Source: Candidatus Woesebacteria bacterium
Lineage (GTDB): Bacteria; Patescibacteriota; Microgenomatia; UBA8517
Length of the DNA stretch: 64,000 bases
Assembly (NCBI GenBank): GCA_020061305.1
Contig: JAGUYM010000014.1
Location: 117,920-181,919 of the forward strand
Direction of reading: 5' to 3'
A program made the position numbers and the translations under genes. The notes under the pieces are model-generated. The model ran no database searches, was not told the DNA's origin, and worked only from the letters and a program-made list of their open reading frames with translations. Position 1 is the first letter of the stretch, and every line of letters begins with the position of its first letter. This document shows, piece by piece, positions 27,348 to 37,271 of this stretch.

Positions 27348-28262
27348 ATGAAAAAAGTTTTGTTAACTTTAATTATTTTTATAATACTGGTATCTATTGG
27401 AGTTTTTTTTATCAAGTTTCAAATGTCTCCAGTTTCAAGCGATAATTTGGTACAGGAGTTTTTAATAACTAAGGGTTCAAGCGTGGCTAAAATTGGTAAA
27501 GATTTAAAAAAGGCGGGTTTAATTAAAAATGACATTGTCTTTAAGTTTTATGTTCAGGCTACAAATTCTCAGACCAAAATTCAGGCGGGTGAATATGAAC
27601 TTTCAAAAAACTTAAGTTTAAATCAAATTGTAGAAATTTTAAAAAAGGGTCCAAAAGAAATTTGGGTAACAATTCCGGAGGGAATGAGGAGGGAGGAAAT
27701 AGCTTTAAAATTTGCATCAAGCTTAGATAAAGATGAAACTTTTGTAAAAGAATTTTTGAAATTAACAGAAGATAAAGAAGGTTATTTATTTCCTGATACA
27801 TATCTTTTCCCAAAAACTGCTTCAGCTTCAAGTATAGTTAAAAAAATGACAGGACTTTTTGATATAAAATTTAAAGATGTAAGTTACAAAGAACTAATTA
27901 TAGCTTCTCTTTTAGAGAGAGAAACATTAACCGATGAAGAAAAGCCTGTTGTTGCAGGAATTCTTTATAAAAGGCTTGAAAATGACTGGCCATTGCAAGT
28001 TGATGCAACCCTTCAGTATATAAAGGGCGATTGGAAACCAGTTTTCCCACAAGATAAAGAATTAAAATCTCCATATAACACTTATAAAAATCTTGGCCTT
28101 CCACCCAGACCAATTTCAAATCCCGGAAGTTCATCAATCAATGCTTCCCAAAATCCTGAAATTTCAGATTATTGGTTTTATATTCATGATACAAAGGGAG
28201 TTATTCATTATGCCAAAACAATCGAAGAACATAATCTTAATATTAGAAGATACTTGAATTAA
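27348..28262 (+). CDS. mltG: Endolytic transglycosylase MltG
   Basis: TIPEG, EGYLFPDTY, ASLLERE, LQVDAT, SPYNTY, GLPPRPISNPG. Confidence 0.95.
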   Translation: MKKVLLTLIIFIILVSIGVFFIKFQMSPVSSDNLVQEFLITKGSSVAKIGKDLKKAGLIKNDIVFKFYVQATNSQTKIQAGEYELSKNLSLNQIVEILKKGPKEIWVTIPEGMRREEIALKFASSLDKDETFVKEFLKLTEDKEGYLFPDTYLFPKTASASSIVKKMTGLFDIKFKDVSYKELIIASLLERETLTDEEKPVVAGILYKRLENDWPLQVDATLQYIKGDWKPVFPQDKELKSPYNTYKNLGLPPRPISNPGSSSINASQNPEISDYWFYIHDTKGVIHYAKTIEEHNLNIRRYLN

Positions 28263-28272
28263 TTTTTTCCTA

Positions 28273-28355
28273 TTGACAGAGTTTGAAAATTGAATATAAT
28301 CCAGTTTAGGCCTACGATTGTAGGCTCTCCCGTTTTCGGGACTTTTATTTTATCT
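28273..28355 (+). promoter_or_regulatory. rpoB promoter with a tandem-hairpin/U-tract leader
   Basis: TTGACA-16-TATAAT; GGCCTAC-GATT-GTAGGCT, then TCCCG-TTTT-CGGGA + CTTTTATTTT. Confidence 0.7.
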
Positions 28356-28363
28356 AAAAATTA

Positions 28364-31300
28364 ATGAAGTCCAAAAGAAGAAATTTCGGCAAAGAGGAAA
28401 GCAATTTACCAAAACTTGATTTGGTTGCTATTCAAAAAGAATCCTGGATTCAATTTTTGGAAAAAGGTATTAAAGAAGAATTGATTTCAATTTCCCCAAT
28501 TGATGATTTTACAGGTAAAAATTGGCAACTTATATTTGGAGATCATTCACTGGGAAGACCCCAAATTACATCTTCATACGCCAAACTTAAGGGTTTGACC
28601 TACTCAGCTCCATTAAAAATTACAGCAACTCTTATAAACAAAAGAACGGGTAAGGAAGTATCTCAAGAGGTCTTTTTGGGTGATCTTCCTCAAATGACCG
28701 ATAGGGGAACATTTATTATAAACGGTATTGAAAGAACCGTAATTAATCAAATCGTCAGATCTCCCGGCGTTTATTTTTCAGGGGAACTCGATCCATCTTC
28801 AGGAAGGATTTTGTATAAAGGTGAAATTAGACCAATGCACGGCACATGGCTTGAGTTTGAAATAACTAGAGGAGACTTGGTTTATGCAAGAATAGATAGA
28901 AGGAAAAAAGTATTGGCGACAGTTCTTCTTAGGGCTTTTGGGATGGAGGATGAAGGGGCAATTTTAGATTTCTTTAAGGAAATTGATAGAGATAAGGATC
29001 ATAAATATATTACTAAAACTCTTGAAAAAGACAACACCAAATCAAGAGACGAAGCCCTTCTGGAAATTTATAGAAAACTAAGACCAGGCGAACCAGTTTT
29101 AGTTGATAATGCCACAACTCTTTTTGAAGGAATGTTTTTGGATAAAAGAAGATACGATTTGGGGGCTGTTGGAAGATATAAAATGAATAAAAGGTTAAAC
29201 AATCAAAATGTTGAAAAAAATGTTACAGTATTAAGTCTTAAAGACATTGTTTCGACGCTTGCATATTTAATTGGGCTCCAAAATGGTGATGGAAGGGTGG
29301 ATGATATAGATCACCTTTCAAATAGAAGATTAAGAAGGGTTGGTGAGTTGGTAAGTATCAATGCTTTTAGAATTGGACTTCTAAGATTAGAAAGAAGCAT
29401 TAAAGAAAAAATGAGCCTGATTTCTCCTGATGATAAGCCACTTCCATCAAATTTAATAAATGCTAGACCTTTGATCTCGTCCCTTAATGAGTTCTTTAGG
29501 AGTAATCAGCTTTCAACAATTTTAGATAATACAAATCCGCTTTCTGAGATTGATAATCTAAGAAGAGTTTCGGTTTTAGGAAGTGGTGGAATAAATAGAG
29601 AAAGGGCATCGTTCTCAATTCGTGATGTTAACTCGTCCCAATATGGAAGAATTGACCCGGTTAAAAGTCCAGAAGGACCAAACATTGGGCTGGTTACTTA
29701 TTTGACACTTTATACAAGAGTAAATGAATTTGGATTTTTGGAAACCCCCTATAGAAAGGTTGAAAAAATAGACAAAAAAGTAAGAGTAACTGATGAGATA
29801 GTTTATTTAACTGCAGAAGATGAAGAAGACTACAATATTTCCCATTCTGGAATAAACATTGATGAAAAAGGGTACATTTTGGATAAAAGGGTGGCCATTA
29901 GAAATAAAGGGAATTTTACTGAAGGACCAGCAGAAACTTTGGATTTTGTAGATGTTACACCCAGACAAATTGTTAGCGCTTCGACTTCCCTAATTCCATT
30001 TTTGGCTCATGATGAAGGAAATAGAGCCCTAATGGGATCAAATATGCAAGGTCAATCTGTTCCTTTGGTTCTCCCTGAATCTCCGGTTGTTGGAACTGGG
30101 ATGGAGGCTGAAGTTGCAAATGCAATGGGCAAAGTCGTTGTGGCCAGAAATTCAGGAATTGTTGAATATGCAGACAATGAGAAAATTATAGTTAAACTTG
30201 ATTCAAAAATTTCGGTAGACCAGTCAACTGAAGATATTGAGGTTATTGATGGTGGTAAAAAAGAATCCTATTTTTTGATCAAATTTGAGAGGACTGCACA
30301 CTCAACTTGCTATAACCAAAGAGTGTTAGTGGTGCCCGGTCAAAAAGTCAATAAAGGGGATGTTTTGGCAGATGGTCCTGCTTGTGAAAACGGGGAGCTT
30401 GCATTAGGAAGAAATTTAGTTGTTGCATATACAACTTATGGAGGATATGGGTTTGAAGATGCAATTTTAATTTCTGATAGATTGGTAAAAGAGGATCTTT
30501 TAACATCGATTCATATTGAAGAATATGATGCAGAAGTGGTGGATACTAAACTTGGACCCGAAGAAAGAACCAAAGATATTCCAAATGTTTCAGAGGCCGA
30601 ACTCGCAAATTTGGCCGATGATGGAATAGTGGTGGTTGGTGCTGAAGTGGGGCCAAATGATATTTTAGTCGGTAAAATTGCCCCGAAGGGTGAAACAGAA
30701 TTAACTGCTGAAGAAAGACTTCTTCGAGCTATTTTTGGTGAAAAAGCAAGAGAAGTAAGGGATACCTCACTTCGAGTTCCGCATGGAGAAAAAGGAATTG
30801 TTGTTGGAGTAAATATTTTAGACAGAAGCAAGGGCGATGAATTGGGCCCGGGTGTGATTGAAAAAATTACCGTTAAAGTGGCCCAGATTCGAAAAATCAC
30901 AGTGGGGGATAAAATTGCGGGAAGGCATGGCAATAAGGGTGTTATTGCAAAAATCATGGCAACAGAAGATATGCCATATATGCCCGACGGAACGCCTGTT
31001 GATATAATTATTTCACCACTTTCAGTCTTGTCCCGTATGAATTTAGGGCAACTATTGGAGGCTCATTTTGGATTGGCTTTAAAACTAAAAGGAGAAAAAG
31101 GAGCATTTCCAGTTTTTGATCATATTGCTGAAGACGATTTAATAAGGGAATTAAAATTAGCTGGTTTATCTGTAAATGGCAAAACAAGACTTACAGACGG
31201 AAGAACAGGCGAACAATTTAAAGAAGACACGGTTGTCGGAATTGGCTATATCCTCAAACTTAAACATATGGTTGAGGATAAAACTCATGCGAGGTCAACT

Positions 31301-31696
31301 GGACCATACTCACTTGTTACACAACAGCCCTTAGGCGGTAAGGCGCAAATGGGTGGACAAAGACTAGGAGAAATGGAAGTATGGGCACTAGAGGCACACA
31401 GAGCCCAACATATTTTACAGGAAATGCTTACTATAAAGTCTGATGATATTGTGGGAAGGGCCAAGGCTTTTGAGGCGATAGTCAAGGGAATCGATATTCC
31501 TCAATCTACCATACCTGAGTCGTTTAAGGTTTTAGTTAGAGAGCTTAATTCTTTGGGGTTAAATATTATACCTAAGGGAGTGGTTCTTGCCAAAAATACC
31601 GATGATGAGGTATTATTCGAAAAAGCTTCGGAAATTGTTGCTGTGGAAAAACCGACTAATGCTGAAGGTCCAATGGAAGTGAAGGTACTAGAATAA
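28364..31696 (+). CDS. rpoB: RNA polymerase beta subunit
   Basis: GTFIING, GDKIAGRHGNKG, GGQRLGEMEVWAL. Confidence 0.99.
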   Translation: MKSKRRNFGKEESNLPKLDLVAIQKESWIQFLEKGIKEELISISPIDDFTGKNWQLIFGDHSLGRPQITSSYAKLKGLTYSAPLKITATLINKRTGKEVSQEVFLGDLPQMTDRGTFIINGIERTVINQIVRSPGVYFSGELDPSSGRILYKGEIRPMHGTWLEFEITRGDLVYARIDRRKKVLATVLLRAFGMEDEGAILDFFKEIDRDKDHKYITKTLEKDNTKSRDEALLEIYRKLRPGEPVLVDNATTLFEGMFLDKRRYDLGAVGRYKMNKRLNNQNVEKNVTVLSLKDIVSTLAYLIGLQNGDGRVDDIDHLSNRRLRRVGELVSINAFRIGLLRLERSIKEKMSLISPDDKPLPSNLINARPLISSLNEFFRSNQLSTILDNTNPLSEIDNLRRVSVLGSGGINRERASFSIRDVNSSQYGRIDPVKSPEGPNIGLVTYLTLYTRVNEFGFLETPYRKVEKIDKKVRVTDEIVYLTAEDEEDYNISHSGINIDEKGYILDKRVAIRNKGNFTEGPAETLDFVDVTPRQIVSASTSLIPFLAHDEGNRALMGSNMQGQSVPLVLPESPVVGTGMEAEVANAMGKVVVARNSGIVEYADNEKIIVKLDSKISVDQSTEDIEVIDGGKKESYFLIKFERTAHSTCYNQRVLVVPGQKVNKGDVLADGPACENGELALGRNLVVAYTTYGGYGFEDAILISDRLVKEDLLTSIHIEEYDAEVVDTKLGPEERTKDIPNVSEAELANLADDGIVVVGAEVGPNDILVGKIAPKGETELTAEERLLRAIFGEKAREVRDTSLRVPHGEKGIVVGVNILDRSKGDELGPGVIEKITVKVAQIRKITVGDKIAGRHGNKGVIAKIMATEDMPYMPDGTPVDIIISPLSVLSRMNLGQLLEAHFGLALKLKGEKGAFPVFDHIAEDDLIRELKLAGLSVNGKTRLTDGRTGEQFKEDTVVGIGYILKLKHMVEDKTHARSTGPYSLVTQQPLGGKAQMGGQRLGEMEVWALEAHRAQHILQEMLTIKSDDIVGRAKAFEAIVKGIDIPQSTIPESFKVLVRELNSLGLNIIPKGVVLAKNTDDEVLFEKASEIVAVEKPTNAEGPMEVKVLE

Positions 31697-31700
31697 AATT

Positions 31701-34700
31701 ATGTCAAACAATCAAAACGATCAAATATTAGATTTTAAAAATTTAGAGGATTTTAACTCTTTAGTTATTAGACTTGCATCAAATGATGACATTCGAAAAT
31801 GGAGTAGGGGTGAGATTACAAAACCAGAAACAATAAATTATCGGACACTAAAGTCGGAAAAAGACGGGCTTTTTGATGAAAAGATTTTTGGACCAACAAA
31901 AGATTGGGAGTGTTACTGTGGAAAATACAAAAGAATCAGATATAAAGGGGTAATTTGCGACAAATGTGGAGTTGAGGTCGCACAGTCAAGAGTCAGAAGA
32001 GAAAGAATGGGACATATAAGTTTAGCTTGCCCAGTTGCCCACATTTGGTACTTTAAAGGTGCCCCAAGTAAAATTTCAACCATCTTAGGCGTACCCCCAA
32101 GGTCACTTGAGCAAGTTGTTTATTTTGCTAGGTACCTGGTTTTAAGCGTAGATGAAGACAAAAAGAAAGATGCCATAAAAATATTGGAGAATGCCTTAAA
32201 GGAAAACGAGACTAAGATTAAAGAGGATTTCAAATCAAAAAGAGAAGCATTAAAACAAGAATCTGAAAAAGCAAGAGAAAGAATTGAAGCAAAGGTGAAA
32301 GATAAAGAACAAGCCTCTTTAGCTATTTCAGAAGTTGATTTAACCGCCAGAAAAAAAGAAACACTTTTAAACGAAGAAGAAAATTCAAGTATTTCAAGAA
32401 ATTCAAGGCTTTTTGAGAACTTGACAAGTTTAGTTAAAGGGCTAAAAGTTTTAAGTATTCTCTCAGAAGAAGAATATGATGAACTCTATAATTATGGTGC
32501 ATCTGAATTTTTTGATGCTAAAATGGGAGCTGAGGCGGTTTTGCAAGTCTTAGACAAAGTGAATTTAGATAATCTCTCTTTAGAGTTAAGAAAAGAAATT
32601 GAAGATGTTAAAAATAATTCATTAAAATATTTAAAAGCAGTAAAAAGGTTGAAACTGATTGATGGGATCAGGAAAGCTAAAGTTATTCCATCTTGGATGA
32701 TATTAAAGGTTCTCCCCGTCCTTCCACCCGATCTTCGCCCAATGGTTCAGCTTTCAGGAGGCAGGTTTGCAACATCTGATTTAAATGATCTTTATAGAAG
32801 AGTGATAAATAGAAACAATCGTTTAAAGCATCTGATTGGGCTTGGTGCGCCCGAAATAATACTTCGTAACGAAAAAAGAATGCTTCAGGAAGCCGTCGAT
32901 TCGCTTTTGGATTCGTCTCAAAGAAAAGCAACCAGAAGAGCAAGAGGAAGACAGCCTTTGAGGTCGCTTTCAGACATGTTAAAAGGTAAACAAGGAAGAT
33001 TTAGACAAAATCTGCTAGGAAAAAGAGTTGATTATTCAGGAAGAAGTGTAATTATAGTTGGACCAGAACTTAAACTTAATCAGTGCGGTCTTCCAAAAGA
33101 AATGGCTTTGGAGATGTTTAAGCCATTCGTCTTAAAGGAGATGATTGAAAGAGGAATTGCCCCAAATGTCAAATCGGCTAAAAATATGCTTGATAGAAGA
33201 CCACCTGAAGTGTTTGATATTTTGGAGGAGATTACAAAAGATCATCCTGTTCTTCTAAATCGTGCGCCAACACTTCATAAGCTCTCGATTCAAGCTTTTT
33301 ACCCAATATTAATTGAAGGGCAGGCGATAAGGCTTCATCCTGCAGTTTGCGCTGGCTTTAACGCAGATTTTGACGGAGACCAAATGGCAGTTCATGTTCC
33401 CTTATCCAAAAAAGCTATCGAAGAGGCAAGAAATTTAATGCTTCCAGAAAAGAACCTATTAAGGCCAGCAGACGGTACTCCCGTATCTACTCCCGCCAGT
33501 AAGGAAATGGCCTTGGGAGTTTACTACTTAACATCAATTGACTCAAGAATTGAAGAAAGTAAGACTGTCTATGCAGACAAAAATGAGGCAATTTTGGCTC
33601 ATCAGAGTGGAAAAATTGAATTGAGACAGGAGATAAGCGTATTTGTCGATGGGAAAATAATTAAAACTACGGTTGGAAGGATTTACTTTAATGAAATACT
33701 TCCTGAAAATTTCTCATTTGTCAATGAATCAGCGACATCAAGTGTTATAAAGAAATTATTTAGCCAGGCTTATGCCACATCTACATCGGAGAGGGTGGTT
33801 CAAATGATAGATGATGTTAAGTCAGTAGGGTTTATGGCCGGAACAATTTCTGGAATTTCATTCGGAGTTTTTGATGCACCAATATTGCCTAATAAAAAAG
33901 ATATTTTGAAGAAAGCTGAAGAAAGAATTGCCGAGATTGAGGAAAACTTTAATTTAGGGCTTATTACAACGGAAGAAAAGAAGAGAATGAGTAAGGAGAT
34001 TTGGCTTGAGGTGTCAGATGATTTGGCAGATAAAACATGGGATTTGATGGAGCCCACTAATCCAATTAGAGTAGTAATTGATGCAAAAGTAGGTAGGGCA
34101 TCTCGTGATCAGGTTAAACAGTTATCAGCAATTAGGGGGTTGGTCGTAGATCCTCTTGGAAAAATTGTTGAGCTTCCAATTAAGAGCAACTTTAGGGAGG
34201 GTCTTTCTGTTTTTGAATATGTAACATCATCAAGAGGTTCAAGAAAAGGTTTGACTGATACAGCAATCAAGACGGCAGATGCGGGATATTTAACCAGAAG
34301 ACTTGTTGATGTGTCCCATGATTTAATTATTAGACTTGATGATTGTGGAACTGATAAGTTTATCGAAGTTGTTAAAAGTGAAAGACCATCAAGTTTTAAC
34401 CAAAGAATTACTGGTAGATTTTTGGCAAGTGACATCAAAGATAAAAACAATAAAGTTTTGGCGGTTAATGGAGATTTAATTACTGAAGATTTGGCATCTA
34501 AAATTGAAGAAAATGAAATTGAAACAGTAAAGGTCAGATCACCTTTGACATGTCAGGCTAGATATGGTTTGTGTGCCAAATGTTATGGTTGGGACTTGTC
34601 GACAAAGTCAGTTGTCGAATTGGGGTCACCTGTTGGGGTTGTTGCGGCCCAGTCTATTGGTGAACCTGGAACACAGTTAACACTTAGAACTAAACACGCA

Positions 34701-35429
34701 GCAGGAGCGGTTGGTGTTGATGTCACACAAGGTTTACCTAGAGTTGAAGAATTGGTTGAAGCTAGGACTCCAAAAGTTGTATCTGCAATTTCTGAAATTT
34801 CTGGAAAAGCAATTGTTTCTGAATTAGACGAAGGTTATAAGGTTGTCATTAGGGGGTCAGGTAAAACTAAAGATGAAAAAGAGTATATTGTTGCCAAGAC
34901 TTTAGAGCTTAGAATTAAAGATAATGAAGTTATTGAAGCTGGTACACCCCTTGCTTATGGCCCATTAGATATTAGAGAAGTATTAACAATTCAAGGTCTA
35001 AAAGCAGCTCAAGAGTATTTAGTCGCTGAGCTTCAAAAAGTCTACGAGTCACAAGGAATTGGTATAAATGACAAACATTTTGAAGTGATTGTCAGGAAAA
35101 TGAGTGACGAGGTGAGAATAGTAAGTGCTGGAGATAGCCAGTTTTTGCCAGGCGAGATAACAAGCATTGCCACATTCGAAATTGAGAATGAAAAAATTAT
35201 TGCTGCTGGGGGTGAACCGGCAACGGCGCAAAGAATACTTTTAGGGATAACTAAGAGATCTCTTTATACAGATTCGTGGCTTTCAGCTGCATCGTTTGAA
35301 CAAACAACAGATGTCTTAACAGAAAGCTCACTGCTAGCTAGGGAAGACAAACTAATGGGCCTTAAGGAGAATGTTATAATCGGAAGGCTCATTCCGGTTA
35401 CCCCCGAAAGAGCCAGAATGGATATGTAA
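31701..35429 (+). CDS. rpoC: RNA polymerase beta' subunit
   Basis: NADFDGD catalytic motif, Zn finger, GKRVDYSGRSVI. Confidence 0.99.
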   Translation: MSNNQNDQILDFKNLEDFNSLVIRLASNDDIRKWSRGEITKPETINYRTLKSEKDGLFDEKIFGPTKDWECYCGKYKRIRYKGVICDKCGVEVAQSRVRRERMGHISLACPVAHIWYFKGAPSKISTILGVPPRSLEQVVYFARYLVLSVDEDKKKDAIKILENALKENETKIKEDFKSKREALKQESEKARERIEAKVKDKEQASLAISEVDLTARKKETLLNEEENSSISRNSRLFENLTSLVKGLKVLSILSEEEYDELYNYGASEFFDAKMGAEAVLQVLDKVNLDNLSLELRKEIEDVKNNSLKYLKAVKRLKLIDGIRKAKVIPSWMILKVLPVLPPDLRPMVQLSGGRFATSDLNDLYRRVINRNNRLKHLIGLGAPEIILRNEKRMLQEAVDSLLDSSQRKATRRARGRQPLRSLSDMLKGKQGRFRQNLLGKRVDYSGRSVIIVGPELKLNQCGLPKEMALEMFKPFVLKEMIERGIAPNVKSAKNMLDRRPPEVFDILEEITKDHPVLLNRAPTLHKLSIQAFYPILIEGQAIRLHPAVCAGFNADFDGDQMAVHVPLSKKAIEEARNLMLPEKNLLRPADGTPVSTPASKEMALGVYYLTSIDSRIEESKTVYADKNEAILAHQSGKIELRQEISVFVDGKIIKTTVGRIYFNEILPENFSFVNESATSSVIKKLFSQAYATSTSERVVQMIDDVKSVGFMAGTISGISFGVFDAPILPNKKDILKKAEERIAEIEENFNLGLITTEEKKRMSKEIWLEVSDDLADKTWDLMEPTNPIRVVIDAKVGRASRDQVKQLSAIRGLVVDPLGKIVELPIKSNFREGLSVFEYVTSSRGSRKGLTDTAIKTADAGYLTRRLVDVSHDLIIRLDDCGTDKFIEVVKSERPSSFNQRITGRFLASDIKDKNNKVLAVNGDLITEDLASKIEENEIETVKVRSPLTCQARYGLCAKCYGWDLSTKSVVELGSPVGVVAAQSIGEPGTQLTLRTKHAAGAVGVDVTQGLPRVEELVEARTPKVVSAISEISGKAIVSELDEGYKVVIRGSGKTKDEKEYIVAKTLELRIKDNEVIEAGTPLAYGPLDIREVLTIQGLKAAQEYLVAELQKVYESQGIGINDKHFEVIVRKMSDEVRIVSAGDSQFLPGEITSIATFEIENEKIIAAGGEPATAQRILLGITKRSLYTDSWLSAASFEQTTDVLTESSLLAREDKLMGLKENVIIGRLIPVTPERARMDM

Positions 35430-35432
35430 ACT

Positions 35433-35840
35433 ATGCCAACACCTAATCAATTAATAAAATACGGAAGAAAGTCAGATAAAAAAAAGTCCAAAACTACTTC
35501 ATTAAAAAAGTGGTTTAATGCAAAGGATAGATTTTTTGGAGAAAACCCATCCCCCTTTAAGAGGGGTGTGGTTATAGCTGTTCGAACCATGACACCTAGA
35601 AAACCTAATTCTGCACTTCGAAAAGTTGCAAGGGTTAGACTTTCGAATAAGCAGGAAGTAACGGCCTATATTCCAGGAGAAGGGCATGAACTTGCTGAAC
35701 ATTCCGTAGTTTTGGTTAGAGGTGGAAGGGTTAAAGATTTATCAGGTGTAAAATATACAATAGTTAGAGGCAAACTTGACACAACAGGTGTTGCAGGAAG
35801 AAAAACATCAAGGTCAAGATATGGAGCTAAAAAACAATAA
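35433..35840 (+). CDS. rpsL: 30S ribosomal protein S12
   Basis: [21 protein letters not shown]. Confidence 0.99.
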   Translation: MPTPNQLIKYGRKSDKKKSKTTSLKKWFNAKDRFFGENPSPFKRGVVIAVRTMTPRKPNSALRKVARVRLSNKQEVTAYIPGEGHELAEHSVVLVRGGRVKDLSGVKYTIVRGKLDTTGVAGRKTSRSRYGAKKQ

Positions 35841-35842
35841 AT

Positions 35843-36322
35843 ATGGCAAGAAAAGGAAGAGCAGTTAAAAGAAAAATTGAAAAAGACCCAGTTTATGGAA
35901 GCGTTTTGGTGTCAAGGCTTATAAACAGAAGCATGTATGAGGGTAAAAAATCTGTTGCCCAAAAAGAAGTTTATCGGGCCTTTGAAATAATTAAGACAAA
36001 AACTAATGATGAGCCTCTGTCTGTTTTTGAAAAAGCAGTTGAGACAGTGAAGCCTGAAATGGAAGTTAGAAGTAGAAGAGTTGGGGGTGCCGCTTACCAA
36101 GTACCAACCCAAGTTAGAGGAGATAGAAAGATTTCGCTTGCACTAAGATGGTTGATCACTGCAGCAAGGGCAAGGAGTAATTCAGAATTTCATACATATG
36201 GAGAAAAATTAGCCCAAGAAATTTTAGATGTTCTAAAAGGTGAAGGCGGAGCTATCAAGAAAAAACAAGATGTAGAAAAACAGGCAGAAGCAAATAAAGC
36301 ATTCTCTCACTTCAAATGGTAA
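35843..36322 (+). CDS. rpsG: 30S ribosomal protein S7
   Basis: SRRVGGAAYQVP, AEANKAF. Confidence 0.99.
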   Translation: MARKGRAVKRKIEKDPVYGSVLVSRLINRSMYEGKKSVAQKEVYRAFEIIKTKTNDEPLSVFEKAVETVKPEMEVRSRRVGGAAYQVPTQVRGDRKISLALRWLITAARARSNSEFHTYGEKLAQEILDVLKGEGGAIKKKQDVEKQAEANKAFSHFKW

Positions 36323-36429
36323 ACCTATGGTGCTATGTCTAGCGAACTTCAGGAGAAACTCCAAAGAATACAGAAATTATGTGGAAAAGATAGATCAAAA
36401 AAAGATATGAATTTGAAATTCATTGATTT

Positions 36430-36702
36430 TTATGTGATTGATTTAGCTACATAGTTTTGAAGTAAAATTCCTGACATCAAATATTTATCTGCTAATTCCT
36501 GTTTAATATCTTTAAACTCATTTAATTCAATTAATATGCTTTTTAAATATTGTGGGTAATTATGATCTTTTACTTTTTCAATTGATTTATTTGCTTCATT
36601 TGCGAAAATTAGAGCATTATTAATCGAATTTTTGTGAGTATAATTTGCAATGCGAAACAAATCGTTTGAAATTGCACCTAATAATACTTTAGTATCGCTC
36701 AT
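36430..36702 (-). CDS. Hypothetical all-helical protein, partner of the DUF5674-like gene
   Basis: 90 aa; ATGA overlap with the upstream gene; antisense within the str operon. Confidence 0.75.
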   Translation of the reverse strand: MSDTKVLLGAISNDLFRIANYTHKNSINNALIFANEANKSIEKVKDHNYPQYLKSILIELNEFKDIKQELADKYLMSGILLQNYVAKSIT

Positions 36703-37040
36703 GATAAGATTTCTTTAAAAAAATATTCAGTCAATTTTTTATATTTTTCTTTTATTTCTTCACTTTGAATTTCATTTTTAAGATTGTTATCATTTGGGCG
36801 AATATTTATAAAAGAATTAAAATCAATTTCACTAGTTTCTAAATCAATTCCACCGCCCCAAATATTACTTTGTTTTGAACCTTGTTCAAGAAGTATTTTT
36901 TCTCCCTCAAAATGCATGTTCATTCCTGCAATGCAGATTTTATTTTCAATATCTATAACTGTTTTGATATAGACCTTAAACATCTCTTTTAAGCCATCAA
37001 TCTCATTTTTTGTAAACGGCTCAGACTTAGTAATTATCAT
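36699..37040 (-). CDS. DUF5674-like protein
   Basis: IKTVIDI, MHFEGE, LLEQGSKQSNIWG, FNSFINIRP pattern (family recognised from memory); TGTTACAAT -10 6 nt upstream. Confidence 0.75.
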   Translation of the reverse strand: MIITKSEPFTKNEIDGLKEMFKVYIKTVIDIENKICIAGMNMHFEGEKILLEQGSKQSNIWGGGIDLETSEIDFNSFINIRPNDNNLKNEIQSEEIKEKYKKLTEYFFKEILS

Positions 37041-37230
37041 GGTTAGATTGTAACATAAGTTTCAAGCCTTGAATTCTTCAGAGAAAGAGTAGTATACGAC
37101 TTATTAAGGAACAAGAAAAAGTTTTTGATGAAGACCTTCTTATTGAAAATTACAAAAAATAATCCCATTGAGTCTTGATTAATTTCTTGTTAAAATCATA
37201 TTTACTCCATGTTTTTTGGAGTGTTGTTTT

Positions 37231-37265
37231 GGACTAGTTCCTAACTCCTAGTTTCTAATTACTAT
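37231..37265. repeat. 7-mer tandem repeat upstream of fusA
   Basis: ggactag ttcctaa ctcctag tttctaa ttactat. Confidence 0.6.
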
Positions 37266-37271
37266 TTTTGT

